Source: Chitinophaga pinensis
GTDB lineage: Bacteria > Bacteroidota > Bacteroidia > NS11-12g > UBA9320
Assembly (NCBI GenBank): GCA_945907065.1
Contig: CAMDSC010000012.1
Span: 577 to 64,576, forward strand
Length of the DNA stretch: 64,000 nt
Reading direction: 5' to 3'
The number at the start of each line of letters is the position of its first letter. The stretch's first letter is position 1. The position numbers were made by a program, and so were the translations under genes. Of the stretch, positions 32,846-43,000 are shown piece after piece. Under the pieces are notes generated by a model that worked only from the letters and a program-made list of their open reading frames with translations, made no database searches and had not been told where the DNA came from.

Positions 32846-33251
32846 TTGCTTTTTGTGTACAATTTTTTAACGGACTGCAAAAGTAAGATTTTTCAAATAA
32901 AATCCAAATCTGTTTTAATATATTTTTAAAATAATCCTTCTTAATTACTTTAAAGACCTAAATCCTATTCAATATGTTGAATTTCAGATGTAACAATATA
33001 AGTATTTAGCGTGCTTTATTTCATATCCTATCTATTAACCCTGTCAATTAAAAAAAAATTTAAGTAAATCCATTTCAAAAAGAAACTTATTTAGCATTTT
33101 TATAAGTTTAAATTTTAGCAGATTTAGCAATTACCTTCTTGTTTTATATCTTTTTATCGAGCCTCAATTATTTCTACTTCAATCCAATATTTGGGATTAA
33201 ATTTTAATTATGTTTGCCGCCAATATTAAAATCTATTTTAAACAAAAAATT

Positions 33252-34925
33252 ATGTTATCAGATATAGAAATAGCACAGTCAACGACTCCAAAGCACATTA
33301 AGCTAATTGCCGAAAAATTAAACATTGATGCCGACGATCTTGAATATTATGGAAAGTATAAATGTAAACTTCCACTAAATTTAATAAACCATGAAAATTT
33401 AACCAAAAGCAATCTGATATTAGTTACTGCTATTAATCCAACACCGGCGGGTGAAGGCAAAACCACTATGAGTATTGGTCTTACTGAAGGATTAAATAAA
33501 ATTGGCAAAAAAGCTGTGGCAGTATTGCGTGAGCCTTCTTTAGGTCCTGTATTTGGGGTAAAAGGTGGCGCTGCCGGTGGTGGTTACAGCCAAGTAATTC
33601 CTATGGAAGACATCAATCTTCATTTTACCGGCGATTTTTCGGCGGTTGAAAAAGCAAATAATTTGCTTTCAGCATTGATTGATAATAATATTCAGAATAA
33701 AAAAGAAAACAACCTGAATATTGACCCAAGAACTGTTGTTTGGAAACGGGTAATGGATATGAATGACCGTTCATTAAGGCAAATGATAATTGCTTTGGGT
33801 GGCAAAAATGGAGGTATCCCGCGTGAAACAGGATTTAATATTACTGCGGCATCTGAGGTGATGGCAATTTTATGCATGTCAAAGGATTTGAAAGACCTGA
33901 AACAAAAATGCGGTAATATATATATGGGTAATACATTTGATGGTCAACCTGTATTTGCCCGTCAATTGAATGCCCAAGGAGCAATGGCGGCTTTACTTAA
34001 GGATGCTATAAAACCTAATTTGGTGCAAACCCTGGAAGGCAATCCTGCAATTTTACATGGTGGCCCGTTTGCAAATATTGCACAAGGAACCAATACTATT
34101 TTGGCTACCAAAATGGGAATGAGTTTGGCCGACTATGTAGTAACTGAAGCTGGTTTTGGTGCTGATTTAGGTGCTGAAAAATTTTTAAATATAAAATGTG
34201 GTTATGCCGGAGTTACACCAAAGTGTGTAATGATTGTAGCTACAATTCGTGCTTTAAAATATCATGGTGGCGTGGATGTTAAGGAATTAAAAAATGAAAA
34301 TGTTGAAGCATTAAAAAAAGGATTTTGTAACCTTGAAAAGCATCTTGAAAACATTAAATCATTTGGGATTCCTCCGGTAGTGGTTATCAATAAATTTTAT
34401 GCCGACTCAGCAGCAGAAGTTGACACCTTAATTAAATTAGTAGAAGGCAAAGGTGTTGCTATTGCTATTGGTGCAGGATTTGAGCACGGTGGTGAAGGTA
34501 TGAAAGAAATAGCCCAAAAAGTGGTAGATACTATTGCAAATTCTACTGGCTCATTTTTAGGAACGTATGATTGGAATGATACCGTGGAAAATAAATTAGA
34601 GGCTATTGCAAAAAAAATATACGGAGCTGATGGGGTGGATTATACTGCCAAAGCACTCACCGATCTTAAAAAAATATATAAAATGGGATTTGATAAATTA
34701 CCAATTTGTATGGCCAAAACTCAGTATTCATTAACGGATGATCCGAAAAAAATAGGACGTCCGACTAATTTCAGACTTACCGTTCGCGAATTTGAATTTG
34801 CTAACGGGGCAGGATTTATTATACCAGTATGTGGTGAAATGATGCGTATGCCGGGCTTGCCGCAAATACCTGCCGCTGAAGCTATTGATATAGATGATGA
34901 CGGAAAAATTTTAGGCTTGTTTTAA
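33252..34925 (+). CDS. fhs: formate--tetrahydrofolate ligase
   Basis: P-loop PTPAGEGKTT, EPSLGPVFGVKGGAAGGGY, large FTHFS domain; start set at internal ATG 33252 (MLSDIEIAQS) typical of FTHFS N-termini. Confidence 0.9.
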   Translation: MLSDIEIAQSTTPKHIKLIAEKLNIDADDLEYYGKYKCKLPLNLINHENLTKSNLILVTAINPTPAGEGKTTMSIGLTEGLNKIGKKAVAVLREPSLGPVFGVKGGAAGGGYSQVIPMEDINLHFTGDFSAVEKANNLLSALIDNNIQNKKENNLNIDPRTVVWKRVMDMNDRSLRQMIIALGGKNGGIPRETGFNITAASEVMAILCMSKDLKDLKQKCGNIYMGNTFDGQPVFARQLNAQGAMAALLKDAIKPNLVQTLEGNPAILHGGPFANIAQGTNTILATKMGMSLADYVVTEAGFGADLGAEKFLNIKCGYAGVTPKCVMIVATIRALKYHGGVDVKELKNENVEALKKGFCNLEKHLENIKSFGIPPVVVINKFYADSAAEVDTLIKLVEGKGVAIAIGAGFEHGGEGMKEIAQKVVDTIANSTGSFLGTYDWNDTVENKLEAIAKKIYGADGVDYTAKALTDLKKIYKMGFDKLPICMAKTQYSLTDDPKKIGRPTNFRLTVREFEFANGAGFIIPVCGEMMRMPGLPQIPAAEAIDIDDDGKILGLF

Positions 34926-35022
34926 ACACTCATTTCCCCTAAACTATACACTCCATTTGGCTGTGGATATATGAATCCATGCTGTTTCACGCTAAAAAAA
35001 TAAATTTGTCGTTTATATTTCA

Positions 35023-36645
35023 ATGACAGCTCGTTTTTTCAAATTACTTACAATCCTATTATTGCTTGTTCCAATAGCCGTGAATGCCCAGCGCGACACG
35101 GTAAAAGATTTAGACAAGGTAGATATTTACACCAAATACCGCCCAGTTCTAAGCGATGCCAAACGTGTGGAATCGGCTCCTGAAATGAAAGAGCCCGAAA
35201 TAAAAGCTTTAAATTTTACCTATTCATTTCCAGACTTGCGTTATAAAGTACAATCTGCTTTTACAGCTATTTCGGCTCAGGAATACCGCACCAAAAATGA
35301 CGCATTTGTTAATGGTAATTTTATAAAAGCGGGATTTGGAAATTATACAACTCCTTTGCTTCACATAGAATTGCACAATGGCAAAAGTAATAATTATGCC
35401 TACGGTGTTTCTGCGCATCATCTGTCTTCAAACGGAACATCTTTCAAATCATTTATGGATGATAACATTTCTGTTCATGGGGCTAAATTTATGCGAGGAA
35501 ATACATTGAGTGGCCAATTGGGTTATTCACGGTTTGGTTATAATTATTATGGCTACAATCATGATTCGGATAATTTCAAAAAGGATTCCGTAAAACAAGC
35601 TATTAATAATATTACCGCCAATGTGCATTATGATAATATCAAAACATCTAAAAAATTAAAAACCACTTTTGATGTAGATGCATATCGGTTTTCTATTGTG
35701 CAACAAAACGAAATTGGCTATCGATTAAGTAATAAAACCGGGGGGAAAGTGGGCAATGGCGAATTGTACGTAAATACTGCTTTTGAAGGATTTGCGTCGG
35801 GGCCAGATTCAGTAGTGTATAAAAGGAATTTTATTGATATAAACCCAGTTTACAAAATGCGTTACAAAGAAGTGGATTTAACAATGGGTGCATTTGCATC
35901 CATAATGCTTGACTCCTTGGATAGCCGCTTTTATTTATATCCCGAATTTAGGGTAGATTATTATGTAGCGCCCGAAAAAATGAAAGCCTATGCAGGATTG
36001 GGCGGTGGCCTTACCAAAGGTTCCACAAGAACACTTTATAATGAAAATGCGTTCCTTGCCGAAAATCAAGCTTTAAAAAATCAATATACTCCTTATATTA
36101 TTTTTGGTGGGATAAAAGGCAAACTTGGCAGTGGGTTTGATTACATGCTTGAACTATCGCAACAAACCATTAATAATCTTCCGATGTATTTGAGCGATAC
36201 TCTTGCCTTGCACAAATTTGTAATACTTTATGAAAATGTAGGACTCTTCAAATTCAACGTAGGACTTAACTACAACCGTTTTGAAAAATTCAAAATCGGA
36301 ACCAACTTTACTTATTTTTCATATAATCCATCTTCGTCAGTCCACGCTATTCAGCGTCCCGACTTTGAGTGGAACACAAAAATATCAGGAACTATTGCTA
36401 ATAAATTAGCCCTTCATTCAAAAATATATGTGATAGGAACCCGCTATGCCAAATATATATGGAGCAATGAAAGCCAAAAACTTCCAATAATTGCGGATAT
36501 AAATATTGGTGCTGACTACCGTTTTAGTAAGGACATTTCGTTTTTTATAGATGTAAATAACCTTACCAATCAAACCTATCAGCGTTGGTTTAATTATCCT
36601 TCGTATGGCCTGAATGGAATTGCAGGAGTTACCTTTATTTTTTAA
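35023..36645 (+). CDS. hypothetical outer-membrane beta-barrel protein
   Basis: signal peptide (LLLLVPIAVNAQ), alternating aromatic/polar beta-strand pattern throughout, C-terminal aromatic beta-signal (GVTFIF); no plug domain. Confidence 0.4.
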   Translation: MTARFFKLLTILLLLVPIAVNAQRDTVKDLDKVDIYTKYRPVLSDAKRVESAPEMKEPEIKALNFTYSFPDLRYKVQSAFTAISAQEYRTKNDAFVNGNFIKAGFGNYTTPLLHIELHNGKSNNYAYGVSAHHLSSNGTSFKSFMDDNISVHGAKFMRGNTLSGQLGYSRFGYNYYGYNHDSDNFKKDSVKQAINNITANVHYDNIKTSKKLKTTFDVDAYRFSIVQQNEIGYRLSNKTGGKVGNGELYVNTAFEGFASGPDSVVYKRNFIDINPVYKMRYKEVDLTMGAFASIMLDSLDSRFYLYPEFRVDYYVAPEKMKAYAGLGGGLTKGSTRTLYNENAFLAENQALKNQYTPYIIFGGIKGKLGSGFDYMLELSQQTINNLPMYLSDTLALHKFVILYENVGLFKFNVGLNYNRFEKFKIGTNFTYFSYNPSSSVHAIQRPDFEWNTKISGTIANKLALHSKIYVIGTRYAKYIWSNESQKLPIIADINIGADYRFSKDISFFIDVNNLTNQTYQRWFNYPSYGLNGIAGVTFIF

Positions 36646-36786
36646 GATATTTCTAAATTTTAGCGAACACTTTCAAATCTTACACTATTTATAACTAGCA
36701 ACTTACAATCTCCAATCGAAAATAATTGTTAATTTTTAAATCAATTTGACCCGTTTATAATTAAATTGCACTTTTGTTTTAAAACA

Positions 36787-37842
36787 ATGGAATTTATAAA
36801 TTTAATAGAAAGTGTTTCTGAATTGCTTTACAAGCACAACTGTGTTATTATTCCAGGCTTTGGGGGATTTATAACAAATTATAAACCTTCAGGTTTTGAA
36901 GAAAGCCGCAATTTAATTAGTCCTTCCAGCAAAAAAGTAGCATTTAATCAATTACTGATTGAAAACGATGGATTGCTGATAAACAGTTGGTCACAAAAAA
37001 ACGAAATCTCCTATCAGGAAGCCGAAGAAGACATTTTGGCCTTTTCCGCTTATTTAAAAGATAAAATAACCATAAACAAAAGCTTTGATTTTGAAAATAT
37101 TGGAACCTTTTATTCCAATGCTGAAGGCAAAATAATTTTTGTTCCTTATCAAGGCTTTAATTTTTTAGAATCAAGTTATGGATTATTCCCAATTAAGATA
37201 AAACCCCTTGCAGCTCAAGTTGTAGTTTCAAATTTAAAAGTTGTTGAAGAAATCCAAGAGCCTATTACTGCATTTAAAGAGGAAGTAATTGGCAACAAAA
37301 AAGCTACTAAACAATTTCATTTCAACACTATGTTTTTAATGAAGGCTGCTTCCTTGTTACTAATGGCAGCAGTTGCCGTTTTTGTTTTATACTATTTAGG
37401 AAATAACAACAAAAATAAAGGAACTGCTTATCAGCCAAAAAGCGAACAAAATGCTTCTTTTATTCATATTGACACCAACCACAAAAAACCTTCGAAAGCA
37501 AAAGAAGTTTCAATTGCAGGACTTGAATATAAAGCTGAACGAAAAAAGATAAATGAACTAAAAACCCAATTAAATTCTTTCTCTGAACTAAATTCACCCA
37601 AACAAGAAACCTACAATGTAGTAGTAGGTTATTACAAAAATGAAACTCAGGCAAATAAAATATTAATCAAACTTCAAATTGATTATTCAAATGCAATACT
37701 TGCTGAACCAACAAATGAAGGATATGCAATAGTGGTTGAATCATTTTTTAAACATACTACGGCCGAGGCTTTCAGCGTTATGCTAAAACAAAACGGTTTT
37801 AAAAACATAAGCATTGAAAAACACGTTGTGTTTGGACAATAG
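36787..37842 (+). CDS. HU-like (HU-CCDC81-type) N-terminal domain / SPOR C-terminal domain membrane protein
   Basis: N-terminus LYKHNCVIIPGFGGFITNYKP resembles HU-fold; central TM helix; C-terminus YNVVVGYYKNETQANKILIKLQ...EGYAIVVESF is SPOR-like (peptidoglycan-binding). Confidence 0.5.
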   Translation: MEFINLIESVSELLYKHNCVIIPGFGGFITNYKPSGFEESRNLISPSSKKVAFNQLLIENDGLLINSWSQKNEISYQEAEEDILAFSAYLKDKITINKSFDFENIGTFYSNAEGKIIFVPYQGFNFLESSYGLFPIKIKPLAAQVVVSNLKVVEEIQEPITAFKEEVIGNKKATKQFHFNTMFLMKAASLLLMAAVAVFVLYYLGNNNKNKGTAYQPKSEQNASFIHIDTNHKKPSKAKEVSIAGLEYKAERKKINELKTQLNSFSELNSPKQETYNVVVGYYKNETQANKILIKLQIDYSNAILAEPTNEGYAIVVESFFKHTTAEAFSVMLKQNGFKNISIEKHVVFGQ

Positions 37843-37876
37843 ATTTAAGACCTAATATTTTATATAAATTTAAACA

Positions 37877-38737
37877 ATGGACTCAGAAAATCAAAAAGGA
37901 TTTATAGGAACCATACTTTTTCACGGGTTGCTACTTTTGTGTGTATTTCTTATGAGTTTTGCCAATGGCGGCGGTGGCGGTGGTGATAACGGGACAGGTG
38001 AAGCATTAGGTGGCCTTGAAGTTTCATTGGGCGAACCTGACCTTGGAGGCCCCGATATGGAAGCTGGCTATACTCCCGAACAAGAAGAAGTAACGCTTGA
38101 AAAAACTGTAGATGAAGAAACATTAACCGATGATAACTCGGTGGCTCCTGAAGTGGTGAGCAAAAAACCTGAAGTAAAAACTGAAGCCCCTAAAATAACT
38201 GCTCCAGTATTTAAAAAAACTGTCCCTAACCCAACTCCTAAAAAAATGCCAGATTCAAAAGGACTTTTTTCTAAAAAAGGTGGTAATAAAGGTGATGGCA
38301 CAACTCCCGGTAACCAAGGGGAAGACGATGGTAGCATAAACGGCCATAACGGAGATGGAAACAGCCCAGGTGATGGAAATGGTAAACCGGGAAATGGCCC
38401 AGGTGACGGACCTGGCAATGGCCCCGGAAACGGACCTAGTGATGGCCCTGGAAATGGTAAAGGGAAAGATGTTACCTTTGGGCTTCGTGGTTTTAAAGCC
38501 GCTAACCCTTTTAAAATAGATGCAAATAAATCAGGTTCTGGAACTGTTGTAATAAAACTTTGTGTAGAAAAAGATGGTTCAATAAAAAGTGTTGAAAAAA
38601 CACTAAAGGGCAATATCACTGACCCATATTTTATTAATTTAGCATACCAAGCTGTAAAAAATAACACTTATACCCCAACAGGAAGTAGTGTTTCAGACCC
38701 ATGCGGGTATGTTACTTTTACTTTCAAAGCGCGTTAA
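37877..38737 (+). CDS. TonB-family energy transducer-like protein with Gly/Pro/Asp/Asn low-complexity linker
   Basis: short cytoplasmic N-terminus plus TM (ILFHGLLLLCVFLM), Pro/Glu-rich spacer, GNGPGDGPGNGPGNGPSDGPGNG repeats, C-terminal ~90 aa TonB-C-like (VVIKLCVEKDGSIKSVE...). Confidence 0.5.
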   Translation: MDSENQKGFIGTILFHGLLLLCVFLMSFANGGGGGGDNGTGEALGGLEVSLGEPDLGGPDMEAGYTPEQEEVTLEKTVDEETLTDDNSVAPEVVSKKPEVKTEAPKITAPVFKKTVPNPTPKKMPDSKGLFSKKGGNKGDGTTPGNQGEDDGSINGHNGDGNSPGDGNGKPGNGPGDGPGNGPGNGPSDGPGNGKGKDVTFGLRGFKAANPFKIDANKSGSGTVVIKLCVEKDGSIKSVEKTLKGNITDPYFINLAYQAVKNNTYTPTGSSVSDPCGYVTFTFKAR

Positions 38738-38781
38738 AAGAACCAGATTTCTGCAATGGTTTAACCATCTTCAATTAATCT

Positions 38782-40026
38782 TTGAATTACGATTCCACTT
38801 TAGAATATTTATATGCCCGGTTACCCATGTTTCATCGTATTGGGGCGGCGGCTTATAAGGCGGATTTAACCAACACCATTTTGTTATGCAATGCTTTAGG
38901 AAATCCTGAATCAAAATTTAGAAGCATTCACATAGCCGGAACTAATGGCAAAGGCTCTACATCCCATGCATTGGCAGCTATTTTTCAGCATATTGGATAT
39001 AAAACAGGACTTTATACATCACCTCATTTGGTAGATTTTAGAGAAAGAATTCGTATCAACGGGCAGATGATTCCCAAACAAAATGTTGTAGATTTTATTA
39101 AAACTCATCGTGATTTAATTGAAATTATAAATCCTTCTTTTTTTGAAGCAACCGTGGGAATGGCTTTTGATTATTTTGCAAAAGAAAAAGTAGATATTGC
39201 CATAATAGAAACTGGACTTGGCGGAAGATTAGACAGCACCAACATTATAAATCCTCTCATGTCTGTTATAACAAATATAAGTTTTGACCACACTGATTTG
39301 TTAGGAGATACTTTGCAAAAAATAGCAAGCGAAAAAGCGGGCATCATAAAGCCCGGAACTCCTGTGGTGATTGGCGAAACACATCCTGAAACAGCTGATA
39401 TTTTTATACAAAAAGCTTTAAAAAATCAATCTGAAATATACTTTGCTGATACCAACCCTAATTATTTTAATACTGAAATATCTACGGACCTTTTAGGCGA
39501 GTATCAACAAAAAAATATGATAACTGTGATGCAAGTCATTGAGGTTTTAAAAACAAAAGGATTTGACATATCCAATTTTGAAGTAGCCCGTGCATTGCAA
39601 AATATTAAAGGACTTACAGGTTTGCGTGGCCGATGGGAAATATTGGGAAATAAACCCTTTGTAGTTTGCGATACAGGCCACAACCTGGCAGGATTGGGAG
39701 TGGCAATGCATGAATTATCAAAAGTAAAATACAACAAACTATTTATAGTTTTTGGGGTGGTAAAAGAAAAAGAAACTTCGGCTATTTGGTCATTGCTTCC
39801 GCAAAATGCCACTTACTTTTTTTGTACTCCAGCCATTCCCAGAGGAAGAAACGACCAAGACCTTTGCGCTGAAGCCAATCAAAATGGTGTTAATGGCAAA
39901 GCTTACGGTAGTGTAATAAATGCATTTAATCAGGCTTTAAAAATGGCAGAACCTGATGATGCGATATTTATAGGTGGAAGTACTTTTGTGGTAGCGGATT
40001 ATCTTACTTCGGTAACTGAAATTTAA
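38782..40026 (+). CDS. folC: bifunctional folylpolyglutamate synthase / dihydrofolate synthase
   Basis: Mur-ligase P-loop HIAGTNGKGST, central and C-terminal Mur ligase domains; 414 aa. Confidence 0.85.
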   Translation: MNYDSTLEYLYARLPMFHRIGAAAYKADLTNTILLCNALGNPESKFRSIHIAGTNGKGSTSHALAAIFQHIGYKTGLYTSPHLVDFRERIRINGQMIPKQNVVDFIKTHRDLIEIINPSFFEATVGMAFDYFAKEKVDIAIIETGLGGRLDSTNIINPLMSVITNISFDHTDLLGDTLQKIASEKAGIIKPGTPVVIGETHPETADIFIQKALKNQSEIYFADTNPNYFNTEISTDLLGEYQQKNMITVMQVIEVLKTKGFDISNFEVARALQNIKGLTGLRGRWEILGNKPFVVCDTGHNLAGLGVAMHELSKVKYNKLFIVFGVVKEKETSAIWSLLPQNATYFFCTPAIPRGRNDQDLCAEANQNGVNGKAYGSVINAFNQALKMAEPDDAIFIGGSTFVVADYLTSVTEI

Positions 40027-40042
40027 TTTTCTACAAAAAAAA

Positions 40043-40078
40043 AGACCTGACAGGTTTTAAAATCTGCCAGGTCTTTAC
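40043..40078. terminator. bidirectional rho-independent terminator (folC + / adhesin -)
   Basis: A-run, stem agacctgacagg / cctgccaggtct (1 mismatch), T-run. Confidence 0.6.
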
Positions 40079-40094
40079 TTATATTTTTTTTAAA

Positions 40095-43000
40095 TTATCT
40101 TAACACTGTAAGAATCATATTTTTTACAAATAATCTTGGATATCCACCTGTTGTTTTTCTATAGCTAATGGTCATTGGATAAACACCATCTGGAACAATT
40201 GTATCTCCTGATTTTCCATTCCATCCTTTATTTGGATCCCCCTTATAAATTATTTCACCCCAACGATTGTAAACCACAAGTTCGACCCATTCAAGTACTT
40301 GCCCCATAGGTTTCCATACATCATTTATATTATCGCCATTAGGTGAAAAAACACTCGGAAAATGCAATTGACATCCTAATTCATCTATGGTAATATTTAC
40401 AGTAGCTGTATCTGCACCGCATCTATTTTCAGCTATTACCCCATATAATCCCGGAGTTTTAATTTTTCGGGTTGGTAAATTATAACCATCAAGCCAAGTA
40501 AATGTGGTATTATCCGCATAAAAACTAAAATCGTAACTAAGGTTAGGACTTTCACAGAAAACAGAATCTGTAAATCCAAAATCAACTACTGGAGGTATTG
40601 AAAAATAAACCCATATTGAATCGCCTTTTGTACAATTACCATTGGATGCCTTAACCCAATACAAAGTCTTTGGTTGGTTAGGCGCACTTATTGAAGGAGT
40701 GCTTGCTCCGGTATTCCAAGTATATGATAAAGCAGCTGCAGACGATGCATCTAAAGTGGGTGAAACCCCATTACATACATCAATATCTGCACCCAAATTA
40801 ACAATTGGAGTGGCTTGATAAATAATTACTACTGTGTCTTTTTTGAAACAAGTTCCATCCGAAATTATTCCTACAAACGAACCACCCGGATTATTTACTG
40901 TATATTTAGCAGTTGTGGCCAACTGAGCTCCAATAAGGGTTTCCCATTCATAAACGGTGGCATTGGTAGCTGTAATATCCAAAGACCATGTAGCATTATC
41001 ACACAATTGCATATCAGCACCCAATGAAGGAATAAATAATTCAGGACGGTAGGTTACTTTAATACTATCACGACTCTTACAAATACCATCATCTCCTTCT
41101 ACCCAATGAATACCTCCAGCAGGTGTTGCGTTTTTGCGAATGCCGGGGGCAGTAGCATTATCCCACCACTTATAGGACTTAAACGCATATTTAGCCACAT
41201 TCAAATCAATGGTTTGATTTACACATAAGATAGTATCTCGACCCAAATTTATTTTTACAGGACTTTGGAATGTTACATTTATTGTATCCGAAGTTTTACA
41301 AACTTTCTTTGGTAAATCACGAAGGTCAACATAATATTTACCGGTTGTAGTAATTGGATAACTATAATTAACCGTGCTACCCATCCAAGTATATTCCACA
41401 TTATTAAGGGTTGAAGATATGGCATTAAATGTAATACCATTGCAAAGTGTAGTATCATTTCCTAGCGTAAACGCCGGAATACTGTATGTCTTTATATCGA
41501 TGGTATCACTCACTTCACAGGTACCGTTGGACACAGTAACCCATTGCTTTCCTGCGGTAGTGGCCTTATAAGTACTAAGCGTAGAATTATCTTTCCATTT
41601 CCAAGTTTTGGTGCCTGCAAGGGCTGCATTTACTAAATAAAAGCCACCTGCACAAAAGGAAGTATCTTTACCTAAACTGAAAGATGCTTTGGATTGGAAC
41701 GTTACATTTACCGTATCGCGAGTACTATAGCACATGGTATCTTTTATCCTTGCCCAATAGAGTCCGGTAGCTTTCACTTTTAATATTGAATCGGTGGTTA
41801 AACCTTTCCATAAATAGGATTTTGAAGTGGTAGTTTTTGCACTCAACGTAACACTGTCACCTAAGCAAAGTAATGTATCCTTTCCAATATTTAAAGTAGG
41901 TATTGCCCTTGTTGCTACGACTACAGTATCATAAGTGTAACATCCAGGTTTATTTTCTGCTCGGACCCATATAGTACCCGATTTTTTGGCATAAGCCGTA
42001 GCCGTGGTATCACCCAAACTCCAAAGGTATTTTTCACCTTTAGAAGCAGTTAACATCACACTATCTCCTGCACAAAACAAAGTATCATTTCCCAATTTAA
42101 ATTTAGGATATTGAATTACATCTACATAAAAGGAATCAGTGCCAGTGCAGCCTCCTACCTTTGCAGCTAACCAATGCCATCCTTTTTTATTGGCAATATA
42201 GGCCGGCACTGTAGAATTGTCATTCCACAGATAGGTGGCATTTGTAATATTCACAACTTTTACGGCTTCTCCCCCTTGGCATATTACAGTATCATTTCCT
42301 AAATCTACTTTTGGGTTAGGAAAAATAGTCAACAGCTTTCGTGCTGTATCTGCATAGCAATCTGGGCTAGCTGTTTTTCTATAAAATTGAACAAAAACAC
42401 TGTAGGTTTTAGCACTTGAAAAGGTATGATACACCACAAAACCTTTTGCTTTATTTTTGACTCCCGTGCTTGGATCTCCAAAATTCCAAACTGCAGAATC
42501 GACTCCGGCTGAGTCAGTAGCAAATAATTTGGTTGACGCCTTTTCACATAAATTGGCTGCATTGCTACCAAAATCAAATTCAGATTTATTAAAAAACGAA
42601 TTTATAAATGTAGGAATGCCCCATTGAGCATATCTGCCTGACCCAAGATCAACGGAGTTCAAAACAAAACTGCACGCCGTTCCTGTACAATTTGGCTTTT
42701 CAATACAAGATAGATATTGAGATCCAGAACCTAAGCGTCCCCTTGTAAGGTAAATTTTACCATCTAAAGCAAGCTGCATTCCCCCACCTGAATTAGTGGT
42801 AAAAGAATTTACAACTTTTATACAACTTGCGCCAATTGCATTAGCATTACCTGCTAACATATCCAATTGCCATAACCCATCGCCACCATCGCTTCCTCCA
42901 ACAATATATGAGGGCAAATAAAAACTAATATAAAGATAACGTGCATTCGGTGAAAGCTCCATTCCATACAAGCTACTGATATTACCAACTCCTGATTTGA

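Noticed and set aside
38068-38667. 199-aa antisense ORF opposite the TonB-like gene
   Set aside because: It lies entirely within the GC-rich GNGPGD repeat region of a gene with clear TM and TonB-C features. It is Pro/Gly/Ser low-complexity, typical of a shadow ORF.
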